From Phaeosaccion multiseriatum (lineage: Eukaryota; Protista; Ochrophyta, other classes): a DNA stretch of 64,000 bases. Position numbers and translations under genes: made by a program. A model generated the notes under the pieces. The model searched no databases. It was not told the origin of the DNA and saw only the letters and a list, made by a program, of their open reading frames with translations. The first letter of the stretch is position 1; the number at the start of each line of letters is the position of its first letter. Shown here piece by piece: positions 47,946-62,600 of the stretch. Location of the stretch: positions 496,001 through 560,000 of the forward strand of contig OZ218960.1 of NCBI GenBank assembly GCA_965112735.1. Reading direction: 5' to 3'.

Positions 47946-49217
47946 TCACCCCTCCCTCTCCTTCGCCACCAGAGCCTTCTTGTCTGCGGCCGAGAGAGAG
48001 TCCCACGTGTCCGCATGCTTCCTCTTGGCCTCCGTGAGGGCTCGAATCTGCGCCGCCATTTCCGCGTCATCCTCATCGTCCTCCGAGTCTTCCTCGGGGG
48101 AGGGGAGGGGTGAGCGAGGGCGCGGCGGCGGCGGGGGGGGGGGTTGACGAGGGGGCGGGGTACCACCTCCACCTCCACCTTCACCTCCACCACCTTCACC
48201 TCCACCTGGTGCTGCTGTATCACCAACTGCTGCTGCTCCTCCTCCTCCAGTACCACCACCACCACCACCACCCTCACCCCCTGCCCCACTCCCGCTGCTG
48301 AGCAGCTTCCAGCGCAGGGTGTAGCTTGGCGTGTTTGCATCTGGTGACCCCTCGGGAGAGAGCGGGCAGCAACGCGGCTCGTACTCCAGCGGTGGCGGGG
48401 AGGGCGGAATCTCTCCCGTCCAGCCGGGGGGGGGGTGCGGCGGAGTGAGGGGCAGGTGGAGGGGCTGCTGCCCATATGACTGCTGCTGCTGTCCATGCTG
48501 CTGTGGGGGCGCCCCGGGGGCGGGAATGATGGGAGAGCCGGGGCGGCCCGGGGGGACATTCCCAGGGGGGGGTGGTGTCCCGGGGGGGGAGGACGGCGCG
48601 AAGGACGCTCCTGTTCCTCCTCCTGTGCCCTCCTCCTCCGGCGGCGGCGAGTGAGGAGAGAAAGTGCCCCCCGGGGGAGGTGAAGGAGAGCGCGGTGCGT
48701 ACGGACCTGCGGCGGTGTGTGGTGGTCGTGGGACAAAGACGGGAGAGGGGAGAGAGAGAGGGGGGTGGGGGGGGTGAGGGGTGAGGGGGGAGAAGGGGGA
48801 GAGGGGAGATTGTAGCGTACCCGGAGGCAGACCCTGTGATCCTCTCTGAGTGCTACTCGACCGACCTGCTGATGTACCACCAACTGCTGCGGCTGCTGTA
48901 CCACCAACTGCTGTATCACCAACTGCTGTTTCATCGCTCCCCTCCTCCTTGACGAACACGAGGGCCATGTACATGCCCGCAATCTTCCACTCGGGCTCGG
49001 ACATGGAGCCGCGGATGTTCAGCGCATTCAGCTTGCCTGGGGCAGTTGGTGATACAGGAGGGGCAGGGGCAGAGGGGCAAGGGTAGACAAGTGGAGGCAT
49101 ATAGGTAGGGAGGGAGGGAGGGAGGGAAGGAGGGAGAGAGAAGAGGCGTATGGGCAGGCCGTGAGGGTGGGGCTCTCTCTCCAGCCCTCTCTCTCTCCCT
49201 CTCTCCCTCTCTCTCTC

Positions 49218-49252
<35 letters not shown>

Positions 49253-52200
49253 ATCTGTCTATCGATCTCTGCTCTCTCTTCCTGCGCTTCTCGCTGTGTG
49301 CACAGATCTGTATATGTCACTACCTGTCTGTTGTTACTGCTCTCTTTCTCCCTCCCTCCCTCCCTCCCTCCCTCACCGAGCAAGTCCTGATGCCTGGGCA
49401 TGGCGGCGTGTTTGGCGTAAAAATCGTGAAAGTTCCACGCGTCCTCTAACCGCAGTCCGCACTCGGCAGCAACGGCCTTGAGGGGCGGCAGGGGAAGCAT
49501 CCACTCCGGGGCGTCCACCGCGGCCTGGTTCTCCTCCTGTTGGTGATACAGGGGGTGCAGAGGCAGTTTGTGATGCAGTAGCAGCAGTTGATGATGCAGC
49601 CGCAGCAGTTGGTGATACAGCAGCAGCAGTTGGAAGTGAGAGGATGGAGACGGTGATGGCGATGGTGATACAGCAGCAGCGCGTAGGAGCATGGAGCATG
49701 GAGCATGGTCACATCAATCACAGCACTGCTCTCACGGACGACGACCTCAGCTCAGGCAATTAAGCTGAGCGCCACATTCGCGCGCGCGCCCTCAGCACCC
49801 ACCCACCCACCCACCCACCCACCCACCCAATCCAACGCACGTACCCACCCCAACCCACCACACCGGCACTCACAGCACTCACACAACCCACCCACGCACC
49901 CACACACCCACCCACCCACCCACCCACCCACCCACCCACCCACCCACGCACCCACGCACCCACCCACGCACCCACGCATGCACCCACCTTGAGCGTGAAC
50001 CAGTAGCGCAGGCCCCATGGGCTGCCATCGGCCCTGTTGTCTGCTCTGCTGCGAGAGAGGAGCGTGTCCCTCGCGTCTTTGTCGAAGGAGACGGAGAGGA
50101 GGTGGTGCCCCTGTCGGTCCTCCACGTCAACTGTAATCACCTCCTTCTGGAGCGTCTCGCCCGTCTCGGGGTGAGTCATATCCACCACCGCGTCTGTGGA
50201 GTGCCCCATCAGCATCTGGGGTTGTAGTATGTCAATGGGTGGGTGCGTGCGTGAGTGGGTGAGCGAGCGAAAGTCAGGACTGCGAGTGAGTGAGCATTTG
50301 TCAGCGCAGTGAGGGATTGGGTGGGGGGGTATTTAATTGACTTATAGGAATCAACCTAAGAATTACGTGGTGGGGGGTGGGGGAAGGAGGGGCAAGAGGA
50401 GTACAACATCATACAGCGCTCCTTGTATGTATGTATGTATGTATGTATGTATGTATGTATGTATGTATGTATGTATGTATGTATGCATGTATGCATGTAT
50501 GTATGCATGTATGTATGTGTGTATGTATATATGTATGTGTGTATGTATGTATGTATGTATGTATGCATGTATGAATGTATGTATGTATGCATGTATGTAT
50601 GTATGTATGTATGTATGTCGATACACAGACGTAGGCACTCACTCCATACTCCCCTTCTCACTCACTCCATAACAAACGATCTAGTGTGCTCATTCTCTCC
50701 GCTTGTCAACCCACCACCACCCCCACCACCCACCTCACTCACTCACTCACTCACTTACCCACTCACTCACCCCACACCACTCACTCACCCTCCCCCCCCC
50801 CCCCCGCACGCACGCACCTGCAGCAGCACCCGCGCGTCAACAGTGGTGGCGAGAAGCTTCCCTCCAGGCCTCAGACTGGCGCTCACCGCCGTTAAAAACG
50901 CCCTGAGTCTCTCCTCTGACTCCGCCATGTAATGAAGCGCAAACTGCACACTGGCCACATCGAACACCTCCCCCGGGGCCATCGCAGGCCCCCCTGGGCC
51001 CCCCGGCCCTGCCTCCCCAGTGATTCTCCATCCACGGCCTCTCTCCCAAACGCGCAGGCCCATCCCGTGCGTGAGGCTCTGTCTGCCCAGGTCAGCCTCT
51101 ACAAAGCGCATATTTGTGTTTCGCAGCGCCCCATTGGCTTCGGCCCGCCCCACGGCGTCTTCCAGTGACTTACGCGCAATGTCCACCCCGACGTAGAAAC
51201 CCTTGCTGAGCCCCCCCGGGTGCTTGACCCACTTGCCCATATCCCCGCCCTTGCCGCATGCAAGGTCAAGTACCCGTAGTCCTGATACCTCGGCCCCTCC
51301 TTTCCCTGTCAGGGGAGAGGCGAGGGGGAGTGAGGTGTCGGGTGTTGGGTGTCAGGACAGGGGAGGGTCAGGGCGAGGGAGAGAGGCACAGAGAGAGAGG
51401 AGAGAGCGCGAGAGAGAGAGGAGGGAGAGAGAGAGAGAGTGGAAGGGGTTGAGATGTGAGGTGTGAGGTGTGAGGTGTGAGGTGAGTAAGTGAGTGAACC
51501 ATTCCTTCCTTCCTTCCTTCCTTCCTTCCTTCCTTTCTGGGTAAGTGGTTGAGCGAGTGAGTGAGGGAGTGCGCAAGTGAGTGAGCGTGTGAGTGAGTGA
51601 GTGAGTGAGTGAGTAAGTGAGTGAGTGAGTGAGTGAGTGAGTGAGTGAGCGTGTGAGTGAGTGAGTGAGTGAGTGAGTGAGTGAGTGAGTGAGCGTGTGA
51701 GTCAGTGACTGAGTGTGCCAAGTAAGTGAGCGTGAGATTCAGTCAGTCAGCGAGGTGAGTGAGTGAGTGAGTGAGTGAGTGAGTGGGTGAGTGGGTAAGT
51801 GAGTAAGTGAGTGAGTGAGGTACCAAACCCGTACCTTTCCCCTTGTCCTGACACCGAGCCAGACTGATGAGTACACTCTTAACCCAGTTGTTGAAGCGCC
51901 GCATATGATATATCCAGCTGTCTGCCTGGTCCTCTCTGTTCCGCACCAGCGTATTATAATGGTCTGCGGCCGCCGCCTGGTCCACCAGCCCCCCTGGGCC
52001 TCCCTCTTTGTTGTCCTGACCCCAGGCATCCTCCTCTCTACGCCGCTTGACGCCCCTGCCACCACCACCGGAGGGCCGAGCGCCGTCGCTGAAGGGGTCC
52101 GGGGAGCCTAGACCTGTTGGTGATCCATTTGGTTGGTTGGTTGGTTGGTTTGTTGGGCGGGGGGGGGGGGGGGGGGGTGAGGATGACAGAGGAGAGATGT

Positions 52201-54532
52201 CGTGTGCGATCTCATACTCATACTCACACTCAGCCTCACACTCACCCTCACCCTCACACTCACCCTGTTGCCCCGCGGCACCATGCTTGCGTGCAGAGGC
52301 GGCGACAGGGCGCGCAAAGGGGTCAGCCCCTTCCCCTGCCCCTAGCAATGCCCCTGCTGCTGCTGCCTTTGCTTTCGCCTTGGCCGCTGCTGCTCTCGCC
52401 GCCGCCGCGGTGGCTGCTGCCTCCGCCGCCGCCGCCTCCGCCTCCAGCTGCAGCTGCAGGGCAGTCTTGCCTTCCGTTTGCGACCCTCCTCCCTCTGTTC
52501 CTCCCTCCTGACTTCCCGCTCCAAAGGCGGCTCTGACTTGCCCTACGAGGGGGATGCTTCGTGTCCAAGGCTCTCCCCAGGAGGGGTCTTCTGTAACGTC
52601 ATCGGCGGCAGGGTCGTAGCGCGGGCCCTCGGGGGAGGAGGGTTTCTGCTCCTTCATGGGCTGACAGGGATGGAGAGAGGAGGCGGTGGGAGGGGTGGAG
52701 GGAAGAGAGAGGGTGGGGGGGGGGGTGGGGGCGGGGGCAGAGCAGAGAGAGAAAAGAAGTCAGCAGCGCCGCGCAGGGGACAAGCACATAGAGGGAGAGA
52801 GAGGAGAGAGGAGAGAGAGAAGAGAGATAGAGAGAGGAGATAGAGAAAGGAGAGACAGATCGCAAGAGAGAGAGGAGAGAGAGAGAAAGGAGAGATAGAT
52901 CGCAAGAGAGAGAGGAGAGAGGAGAGAGAGGAGATAGAGAAAGGAGAGACAGATCGCAAGAGAGAGAGGAAAGAGACAGAGACAGCGGAGAGAGAGAGAA
53001 AGGAACGAGAAAGATACCGAGATAGAGGGAGATAGAGAACAGCGCACGCATACACGCACGCACGCACGCACGCACCACATGTGGCACGATGTAATAACAG
53101 CGGATCTCGTTGGTGCTGGCAGGGTTGCCTCGCGGGAAGAGGAAGCCCGTCGCGCCCTCGGCATTGAGACTGACTTTGCACATCTTTCTGCGGTCAGTGA
53201 GGTACTTTAGCCAGCGAGTAAGGGCTTGCTGGCTCTTGGGCCTGGATGGCAGTGGATGGGGTGGGTGGGGGGGGGGGTCGGGAGGAAGGAGAGGGAGGGA
53301 GAGAGGGAGACAGAAGGGATCGAGTTAGTAGAGAGAGGATGGTGGGACGTGAGCAAGTCACTAGAACAGTAGTGCCACCACCTGAACCTCAAGGAGGGAA
53401 CGTGGGAGGAATGGGAGACTTACGACTTCTCACCACCTGAAACCGACTGAAACCGACTGAAACCGAAACCTGCCTCTCTGCCGAGCATGCGGTCCAGACG
53501 GCAGGGTAGGACATAATCCGGTCCAATCCCTCTCTCTCTCTCTCTCTCTCTCGTTGCTTCCCCATCTTGCTCCCTCCCTCCCTCCCCCCCCTCTCTTCCC
53601 TCCCTCCCTGCCTCCCCACCTCTCTTCCCTCCCTCCCTTCCTTCCTCCCTCCCTGCCTTCCTCCCTCCCTCCCCCCCCCCCCTCCCTCACTGCCTTACTC
53701 GGTCTTTGACTTGCTGACGAAGAGGGTGAAGTGTGGAAGCTTCTGTAGGCGCACAAGGTCCTTGTCGTACTCCTTTGGATCCGATACAGGCATATAGTTC
53801 CATGGATAGAGGCATATGGGAAGGGAACAGGGGTCGTGTCGTGTCATGTCCAGCGGCGTTGTCCCTGCCCTCCGTAGAGTCTCTCCCTCTGCCCCCTCCT
53901 GCCGTCTGCTGCCATCTCCTCCACTCAGCCTCCCTTCCTTCCTCATTTGCCCTGCCCAGCCTCTACGCGGCTCCATCTACTCCACAAAGCCCAATATATA
54001 TATATATATATCCGTGAAAGAGAGAGTGAAAGTGAAGGGCACGCTTTGCAGGTGCAAAGCGAAAATGCATCCAGGGCAGGACGAGAAAGGAAAAAGACAG
54101 CAAGAAAGAGCAGAGCAAGCAAAACTCTCGCTGCCTACCACCTAGATAAGCAGGATACTACCACACACCCTCCTCTTTCCGTCCTTAGTACCAACCATCA
54201 TCCAAAAACATCTGCGCCTCCTTCCCTCCATACCTCCGTGAGCTGAATGTCATCGCTGAGGTTGGCGACGGGCCTGCTGTCCTCCGCGGAGTTGGCGAAG
54301 GCCTCGAAGTGGGCCGTGCGCAGCCGGTGCTTTTTGCGCCACTGAGAGAGAGGCGGACAGGAGAGAGAAGGGCGGCGGCTCAGCGCGGAGATCAGCAGGG
54401 TGGCGAAGCCCTCCGAAGCATCTCCAGACCGGGAATCTCTCTCGCGTGCCCTCTCTCTGCTCTCCCTCTCTCTCTCTCTTTGTGTCTCTCTCTGTGTCTC
54501 TGTCTCTCTCTCTGTGTCTCTGTCTCTCTCTC

Positions 54533-54586
<54 letters not shown>

Positions 54587-54728
54587 TCTCTCTTGTCTCT
54601 CTCCACCCCTCCCTCTTGCTCTCTCTCTGTTACTCTCTCTCCCTCTGTCTGACAGAATACATATCCTTTCCATAAAGCGAGGCCACAAGAAGGGAGGGAC
54701 CTCCCACACGTACCTTTGGAGCAGACAT
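47946..54728 (-). CDS. RNMT: mRNA cap guanine-N7 methyltransferase with extra N-terminal domain and Pro/Gly-rich tail; 5' exons tentative
   Basis: HYN..S.IYHMRRFNNWVKSVLI, VLDLACGKGGDMGKW, YVGVDIA, FDVASVQFALHY, LRPGG, WGLRYWFTL..AVDAPEW, NFHDFY, MSEPEW...MY..FVK. Confidence 0.85.
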
Positions 54729-55492
54729 AGGCGCAGCAGATCGGCACCTAAGGCCCAGCTGCCGCTGCTCCTCCTATTGCTCCTTTGGCTGCTGGTGCTG
54801 GACCTGCGGGTCGTGGTGCAGAGCCATTCTTTCCTGCTCTTAGCGCTGTTTGTTTAAACGGGTGGGACTGGGACTTGACTTGGATAGACAAGCTTATAAT
54901 AGACAGAAAAAAAAAAAAAGGAAACTGAAATTGAAAATTCTCTTTCTCCCCTCCCTCCTCCTCCTAGAGAAGGTCGGCCCCTGACATCCCCCAGAACCTT
55001 GAAAACTTATTACATGGATTCCCCCAACCTGCCTGACAGCGCTGGCGCCGGCCAGAAGCAGGAAGCAGGGTCGCTTCAGAAGCATGTCAGGGGCCGAAGA
55101 AGGGAGAGTCTCTGAAGGAGGCCCTGGATGCCAAACTGAGAAGCCCTGATGCCAAACTGAGAGGCCCTGGCTGCCAAACTGAGTGGAGCGGCGGGGATGC
55201 TAGCCTTAGCTAGTTTGCCTCCGTCTTGAAACGTCACGAAGGAAGCGACTCAGCGATTGATCAATGGATATTGAACACACCGATATCTCTTGTCGAACAC
55301 ACCGATATCTCTTGCCGATGTCGACAGCGCGCCCTCCCTAATGACTGGTGAGGGGCCTCCTCATGGCTAATGCCCTCCTCTGTCTCCTCTGTCTCTGGGC
55401 CCTGACCAGCCTGCTCACACGACATCGATAGAATCGATATGATCGACATTGGTCCATATCGAGACCATCGACATAGACATCGACATCGACAC

Positions 55493-57795
55493 TCATGACA
55501 CGATGCCCTCCTCCGCCTCTATCCTGAGCAACCTATCCACCACCTCCAGCAGCTGAGCCGCCCTGCGTGTGTGTGCCTCTCCCCCGTGCGTAGAGGAGGG
55601 CGTAACTGCCGTAAGTGGTGTACGGACAGTGGTGCCATCATTCACTGCCTTCGGCGGGTCTGAAGCAGTGCCGTGCGGGTCCTCCACCTTGGAGAGAAGC
55701 ATGCGGCTCACCTCATCCCGTACGTACTTGATGACCACGGCCACTGCACACGTAAGTGCGTATGTAAGTAAGTTGCCGCCAGTTGGAGGGGGGCAAGCGG
55801 GCAGGGAGGGAGGGAGGAAGGAAGGCACGAGGGAGGGAGAGAGGGGGAGGGAGGGAAGGGAGGGGAGGGAAGAGGCGGGTAGGAGGAGAGGGGGGGAGGA
55901 GGGGAGGGAGGGAGGGAGGGGGGGGGGGAGAGAGAGAGGGAGGGAGGGAGGGAGGGAGGGAGGGAGGGAGGGAGGGAGGGAGGGAGGGAGGGAGGGAGGG
56001 AGGGGGGGCAAGTAGAGGCACATGAGGAGGCAGAGGCAGACACCACCGAGGGAGACGAAGGCCTCAGCACATGTAGAGACCGAGAAAGCTCAGCGACAAG
56101 AAACAGATGGTACAGAGATGTGCACTGTAGTTGCACTGTAGTTGCACTGTAGTTGCACTGTAGTTGCACTGCATTTGCACTGTAGTTGCACTGCATTTGC
56201 ACTGTAGTTGCACTGTAGTTGCACTGCATTTGCACTGTAGTTGCACTGCATTTGCACTGTAGTTGCACTGTAGTTGCACTGTAGTTGCACTGTAGTTGCA
56301 CTGCATTTGCACTGTAGTTGCACTGCATTTGCACTGTAGTTACACTGTAGTTGGACTGCACTTGCCTTTCTCCTTGACGGAGAAGCGCAGCCACCCATCC
56401 ACCACCACCTCCAGACTCGCGCGTGTGTCTCTGCTGGCCTGGGATGGATGGCAGTGGATGGCAGTGGTTGACAGCGGATGGTGGTGGATGGCAGTGGACG
56501 GCAGTGGATGGCAGTGGATGGCAGTGGATGGCAGTGGTTGGCAGTGGATGGCGGTGGACGGGGGAGGAGGGGGCGGGAGGCGCGCGGGGGGAGAGAGATG
56601 TGACTGACTGTCTTTGTGTGTGCCTGGAAGTGCGTGTGTGTGCAGTGGTAGAGAAGTGTGCGAGCAGCCCTTGCTTCGAACCTCTTTGAACTCTATGATG
56701 ATTGCTGACAAGCTAAGACTAGTGACGTCACTAGTGACGTCAGTCATGACTTGCCCTCTTCCTCTCACCTGCGGTCCCCCCGAAGGGCGGCAGTGCCTCA
56801 CGCTACTGCCGAAGAGCAGCAGCATGAAGGGAGTCACGAACGTGCAGTCCTATGGGGGATGGCAGTAGATGGACAGGGCGGGGGAGGGGAGGGGAGGGAA
56901 GAGGGAAGAGAAGAGGGAAGGATGAGTGAGTCAAGTGACACCGAAACAGGAAGCTGGAAACTGCACTCACTCACTAACTCCCTCCCTCCCTCCCTTCCTC
57001 CCTCCCTCCCTTCCTCCCTCCCTCCCTCCTTCCTTCCTTCCTTCCCTCCCTCCCTCCCTCCCTGCCTCCCTCCCTCCCTCCCTCGACCTGCATACCTGAA
57101 CGAAGATCTGCTTAGTCTTGACCTTGCTGTGATAGAGAATCCAGCGCTTCCCTCCCCCCTTGGAGGCGGCCTCACTCACTCGGCGGTGGTTGATGGAGTT
57201 GGGGTGCAGATGAACTGTCTCTCTGGGGGGGGGGGGAGGGGACCCAAACACACAAAGGGAAGGGCAGGGACGGGCAGGGGAAGGGCAGGGAGGGAGGGAG
57301 GGAGGGAGGGGGGGGTTCAGAAACGACAAGACAGGCTTTGTCATTCACTCCCGCACTCACTCTCTCACCCCCTCCCTCCCTTCCTCCCTCCCTTCCTCCC
57401 TCCCTCACTCCCTCCCTCCCTCACTCACTCACTCACTCACTCACTCACTCACTCACTCACTCCCTCACTCACTCCCTCACTCACTCACTCACTCACTCAC
57501 TCACTCACCGGTCGTCCCTAGTCATGAAGTGTGGTCTGTTGTCAGCTGCCGATGCCCCCGGCCTGACAAAGTACCCCACGTGAGGGCCCAGGCCCATGCA
57601 AAGCGCACAGCGTAGCAGGGAGGGGTTGCCGGCCTGAAGGCTGTGGCTCTCCCGTGGGGTGGGGGTCTGTTGCCCATACGACTGTTGCTGCTGCTGGCGC
57701 CCCTGTAGACTGGTTGGCCCGCCGCCTCCTCCTCCTCCTCCTCCTCTTCCCTGGCCTCCTCTTCCTCCCCCTCCTCTCCCCGCCCACGCAGACTG

Positions 57796-57838
<43 letters not shown>

Positions 57839-57893
57839 GGCTGGCGAGAGGCCTTGGGAATGAATCCTGCGTCCATGAGGCAGTCCAGAAACT

Positions 57894-57940
<47 letters not shown>

Positions 57941-59556
57941 AGGCAGGGAAGGCAGCAGATGGACGGGTGGGGGGGGAGGAGGGAGGCTGTTGGGGATGGG
58001 CACGAAAGCTTTCACGTGGGCAGAGTAGGCAGGCAGACAGACAGACAGACAGACATACAGGCATGTAGACAGGTAGGTAGACAGGTAAGCCGCCAGACAG
58101 GTAGGCAGGCAGACAGGCAGGCAGGTTGGCAGGCAGGCAGGTAGACGCACAGACAGGCAAGCAGGTAGCCAGGTAGACAGGCAGACAGGCAGGCAGACAG
58201 GCAGGCAGAAAGAGGGAAATCTCTCTCTCTCTCTCTCTCTCCAGCGTACGCACGCACACAATACGTACGCACACGTTCAGACGAGCATGCATGCCATCCC
58301 CTGCCATCCCCTGCCATTCCCTGCCATCCAGTGCCATCCAGTGCTATCCACTGCCACCCCTATCCACTGCCATCCACCGCCACCCACCCACCATCCACTG
58401 CCATCCACTACCCCCCCCCCCCCCCCACCATCCACTGCCATCCACTGCCATCCACCCCTTCAACTCAAGTCACCCACCTGCTCGCGCATCTTGTCCATCA
58501 TCTCGAGGCTGGGCAGTGCGAGAAAGTTCTCTTTGAGCCATCGCCGCATCTCCTGGAAGGGGAGCTCCCTCCTCTTGCGTCGGTAGGCGTTGTAAGCCTC
58601 CACCACGGCAAGGTGGTCGGACCTACTCTGGCCGAACTGTGGAGGGGTCAGGGAGGGGAGGGGAGGGAGGGGAGGGGAGGGGAGGGAGGGGAGGGGAGGG
58701 AAGGGGAGGGGAGGGGAGGGGCGGGGAGGGGAGGGGAGGGGAGGGGGGGGGGGATAAGGGTATTTCAGCCCCCCCCCCGTAGAAAGGAAAGCCTCTTTCT
58801 GTCCTGACACTCTCCATCTGTCCTGACACTCTCCATCTGTCCTGACACTCTCCATCTGTCCTCACACTCTCCATCTGTCCTGACACTCTCCATCTGTCCT
58901 CATACTCTCCATCTGTCCTCACACTCCCTGTCACCTGCTGCATGGCGGCTTGGCTCTTGGCAGCATCTTGGCCAAAGCCCCGGATGAATGGCGAGCGGTG
59001 ACTCAGGGCAGCTGCGGTGGTCAAGATTGGGTCCAGACACTGCAGGATGGACCCAACTATGAGCAGCTTGCCTGGGTGGGTGGGTGGGTGGGGTTATAGG
59101 TCAGTGGGTGAGGTGGGTGGGTGGTGAGAGAGAGGATAAGTCAATGCAAAATACACACGTAAGCACACGTAAGCACCACGTAAGCACCACGTAAGCACCA
59201 CGTAATGGTCCCCACCTATCCTGGCGTCGAGGGGCAGGTGCGCCAGATGGTAGCCAAGGGGCGTGAGGAGAGGCTGAGGCCGAGAGACGGACCCCTCCCG
59301 CTCCACGCTGCTGCCTCCTCCGGGTCTGTCCCCCCTGGGCCTTTCTCCCCTGGGCCTGTCTGCCCCCCTGGAGACGGTGATGGCCTTGAGCTCATAGAGG
59401 TTGCTCAGAGCGGCGTAGAGCAGCTTGGCCGGGGGGGGGTCCACAGCCCTAGGGATGGCAGTGGATGGGCGGAGGGGAGGGGGGATGGCAGTGGATGAGA
59501 CAAAAGGGCTGTATTTCAGATCTTCAACTCGGGTCGACATGGAGCAAGAGTGTGTG

Positions 59557-59617
<61 letters not shown>

Positions 59618-62600
59618 CGGCGTCACTGACCTGTTCAGAAAGGCCTCCGGGGAGCCGAGCTCAAGCAGCAGTACCTGCTCACGACGATGCAGCAGTTGGT
59701 GATACAGCAGTTGGTGATACAGGAGTCGGTGGTACGGCACCACGGCACTGCATGGGTCAACAGGCCCTGCAGGGGAAGACCACTGGCATAAAAAAATCAA
59801 AGGATCACCCAAGCATTAACCTACCCACCCACCCACCCACCCACCCACCCACCACCCCACTCCATCTACTGCCATCCCCACTTGCTTACCTGCAGCACGA
59901 GTTCCTCCAGGGGGGTGCGCAGCATCTCAGGAAGCGTATGGGCAGGCATGAAACCGTCATGGAAGGAGGATGGGTACAGACGCCAGCAGGTCCCCTCCTG
60001 AGGAGAGGAGAGGAGAGGAGGGAGGGAGGGAGGGAGGGGATGGTGGGAGAGATATTAGAGGCACATGGAAATAGAGAGAGATTATTAGAGGCATATGGAG
60101 AGGAGGGAAGACAGCTCTCGGGTGTGAGGCGTGTGGTACACACGGGACAGGTCGGCGCGTTAAGCTTGCTTTCCAGTGGAGCTCCTGCCTGCCGAGAAGT
60201 TTCAGTTTCAGTTTTGTAGACCCTACGCGCTCACAGACACGCACCACACGCATACACACACATATACACATACGCACGCACGCACACACCCACACACCCG
60301 CACACACGAACACACGCGCGCACACACACGCACGCACACACACCCACACATCCACACACACACACACACACATGCACGTACACACGCGCATACACACACA
60401 AGTTGTGCGCCACTTGCCTGCACTCTGCCCGCCCTGCCTGCCCTCTGCTTGGCGCTGGCCTGACTGACCCACACCTCTACTAAGCTACTCATACGAGACA
60501 CAGGGTCGTATCTGGCGGATGGCAGTGGATGGAAGGGGGGGAAGGGAGGAGAGGAGAGGGGAGGAGAGGAGAGGGGAGACGGCTCAGCTCAAGCAAGCAA
60601 GCAAGCACACAAACCCTTTCCTCACTCCCCTACTTCGCTCCCATCCACTGCCATCAACACTCCCTCCTTCCCTCCCTCCCTTCCCTCCCATCCGCTGCCA
60701 TCCCACGCACCTCATCTCACGCACCCTCCCGGCGTCAATCACGTGCGTGCAGTCTTCTATGGTGATGCTCGTCTCGGCGATGTTGGTGCCCACCACCACC
60801 TTGCGCACTCCCGAGGGCATGCGTTTGAACACTGACCGTTGAGCCGCTTGGGGGAGGGAGGAGTGCAAGGGGAAGAACTGTGTGGGGCATAGGGAGGGAG
60901 GGAGAGGGAGGGAGGGAGGGAGGGAGGGAGGGAGGGAGGGAGGGAGGGAGGGAGGGAGGGAGGGAGGGAGGGAGGGAGGGAGGGAGGGAGGGAGGGAGGG
61001 AGGGAGGGAGGGAGGGAGGGAGGGAGGGAGGGAGGGAGGGAGGGAGGGAGGGAGGGAGGGAGGGAGGGAGGGAGGGAGGGAGGGAGGGAGGGAGGGAGGG
61101 AGGGAGGGAGGGAGGGAAAGAAGGAAGGAAGGAAGATAAATGTCATGTACCCAACGCTTGAGTAGCCTCATGAAAGCTTACGTACCTCGCATTTGCCGTG
61201 TATGGCGGAACTCTTGCGCAGCGCTCGAATTGCGGCGTCGATCTCCTGGAAGCCCGGCATGAACACCAGGATGGCTGAGCGTACGTACGTAAGGGCACGT
61301 AAGGGCACAACAAAAGGGGAAAATAAAACGTTACGAAGGGTCCAACCAGTGAGACAAGCGCAGAGCAGTGGAGCCAAAGCAGGGCAGTTGGTGATACAGG
61401 GGCAGGGCAGGGCAGGGCAGGGCAGTGCAGTTGGTGGCACAGAGGCAGTACATGTACTTGACTTGGTGATACAGAGGCAGTACGTGTCGTTGAATAGAAG
61501 GGTACAAGCCTCCTAAGCGCTCCAAAGCCGTGTAGGCCCACTCACCTCCGCCCAGCCGTGGCCGCTGTGTGTCTTTGTCGTTACGCTGCTGTATCACCAA
61601 CTGCTGCTCCTGCGCAATGATGTGCTCCACCACATCCACGATGAGATCAATGTCCACCTTCTCCTCACAGCGGGGACTGATGCGCACAGCTGAGGGAGTT
61701 GTGCCTCCGTCGTCGTCACTACCAAGCTCCTCCCCGGTGATGGGGTCGAAGGAGCGCCTCCCCTCCTCCCCCTCCCCCCCCTCCTCCCGCTGTCCCTGGC
61801 GACGCTGTTGTTGCTGCTGCTGTATCACCAACCGCTGTGCCGCGGAGGGTGAGGGCGCCGCTGCCTTCGACCCCCTGACACCCGGCATTTGCATGCCCCT
61901 GCTTCCCCCTCTACCCCCCCTTACTCGACGATGGATGTCTTCCAGATACCTGGTGTCTACAGGGAAGGTCCTGCCTGGCACGCTGATGGAGGGGCAGTCG
62001 CCGAAGTAGGAGGTGAAGAGCTTAGCTTGGAGAGTGGCGCTCATCAGCACCACCTGAGGAGGATGGCAGTGGATGGGCCAGGAGAGTGAGGAGGGGGGGG
62101 GGGGTGCACACCCACGCACGCCCATGCGGGGAACGGCAGAGGAGAGGAGAGGAGAGCAGAGCAGAGCAGAGGAGAGGGGAGGAGAGGAGAGGAGAAAAGA
62201 CTTCAGTCCTGTGCGCTGCTACTGACAGAGCCACAAAGACACATATAGACACAAACCCTTGTTCTTGTTCTTCCTTCGCCTCTGTCTCTGCTGGCCCCAC
62301 CCAAAGCTCTTCACACCCTCACGCTAATCCCCGCCCCTGCCACTGCGCCTTTGCCTGTGTGTGCCTGTGTGTACCTCTGTATACCTCGGTATGCCTCTGT
62401 ATACCTCGGCATGCCTCTATATGCCTCTATATGCCTCTATATGCCTCTGTCTGCCTCGGCATTCCTCTATATGCCTCTGTGTGCCTCTGTCTGCCTCTGT
62501 CTGCCTCTGTATGTCTCGGCATGCTTGTAAATGCCTCTATATGCCTCTATATGCCTCTGTGTGCCTCTGTCTGCCTCTGTATGTCTCGACATGCTTGTAA

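Noticed and set aside
55120-55490. Short 21-bp and ATCGAC-type direct repeats between helicase and methyltransferase genes
   Set aside because: Only 2-4 degenerate copies with no TIR or TSD, so no element could be defined.
60896-61116. Long (GGGA)n tract and similar (GGA)n, (CA)n, (GAGT)n, (TATG)n ORFs
   Set aside because: Ordinary microsatellites. Their lengths may be assembly-dependent and the ORFs are artefacts.
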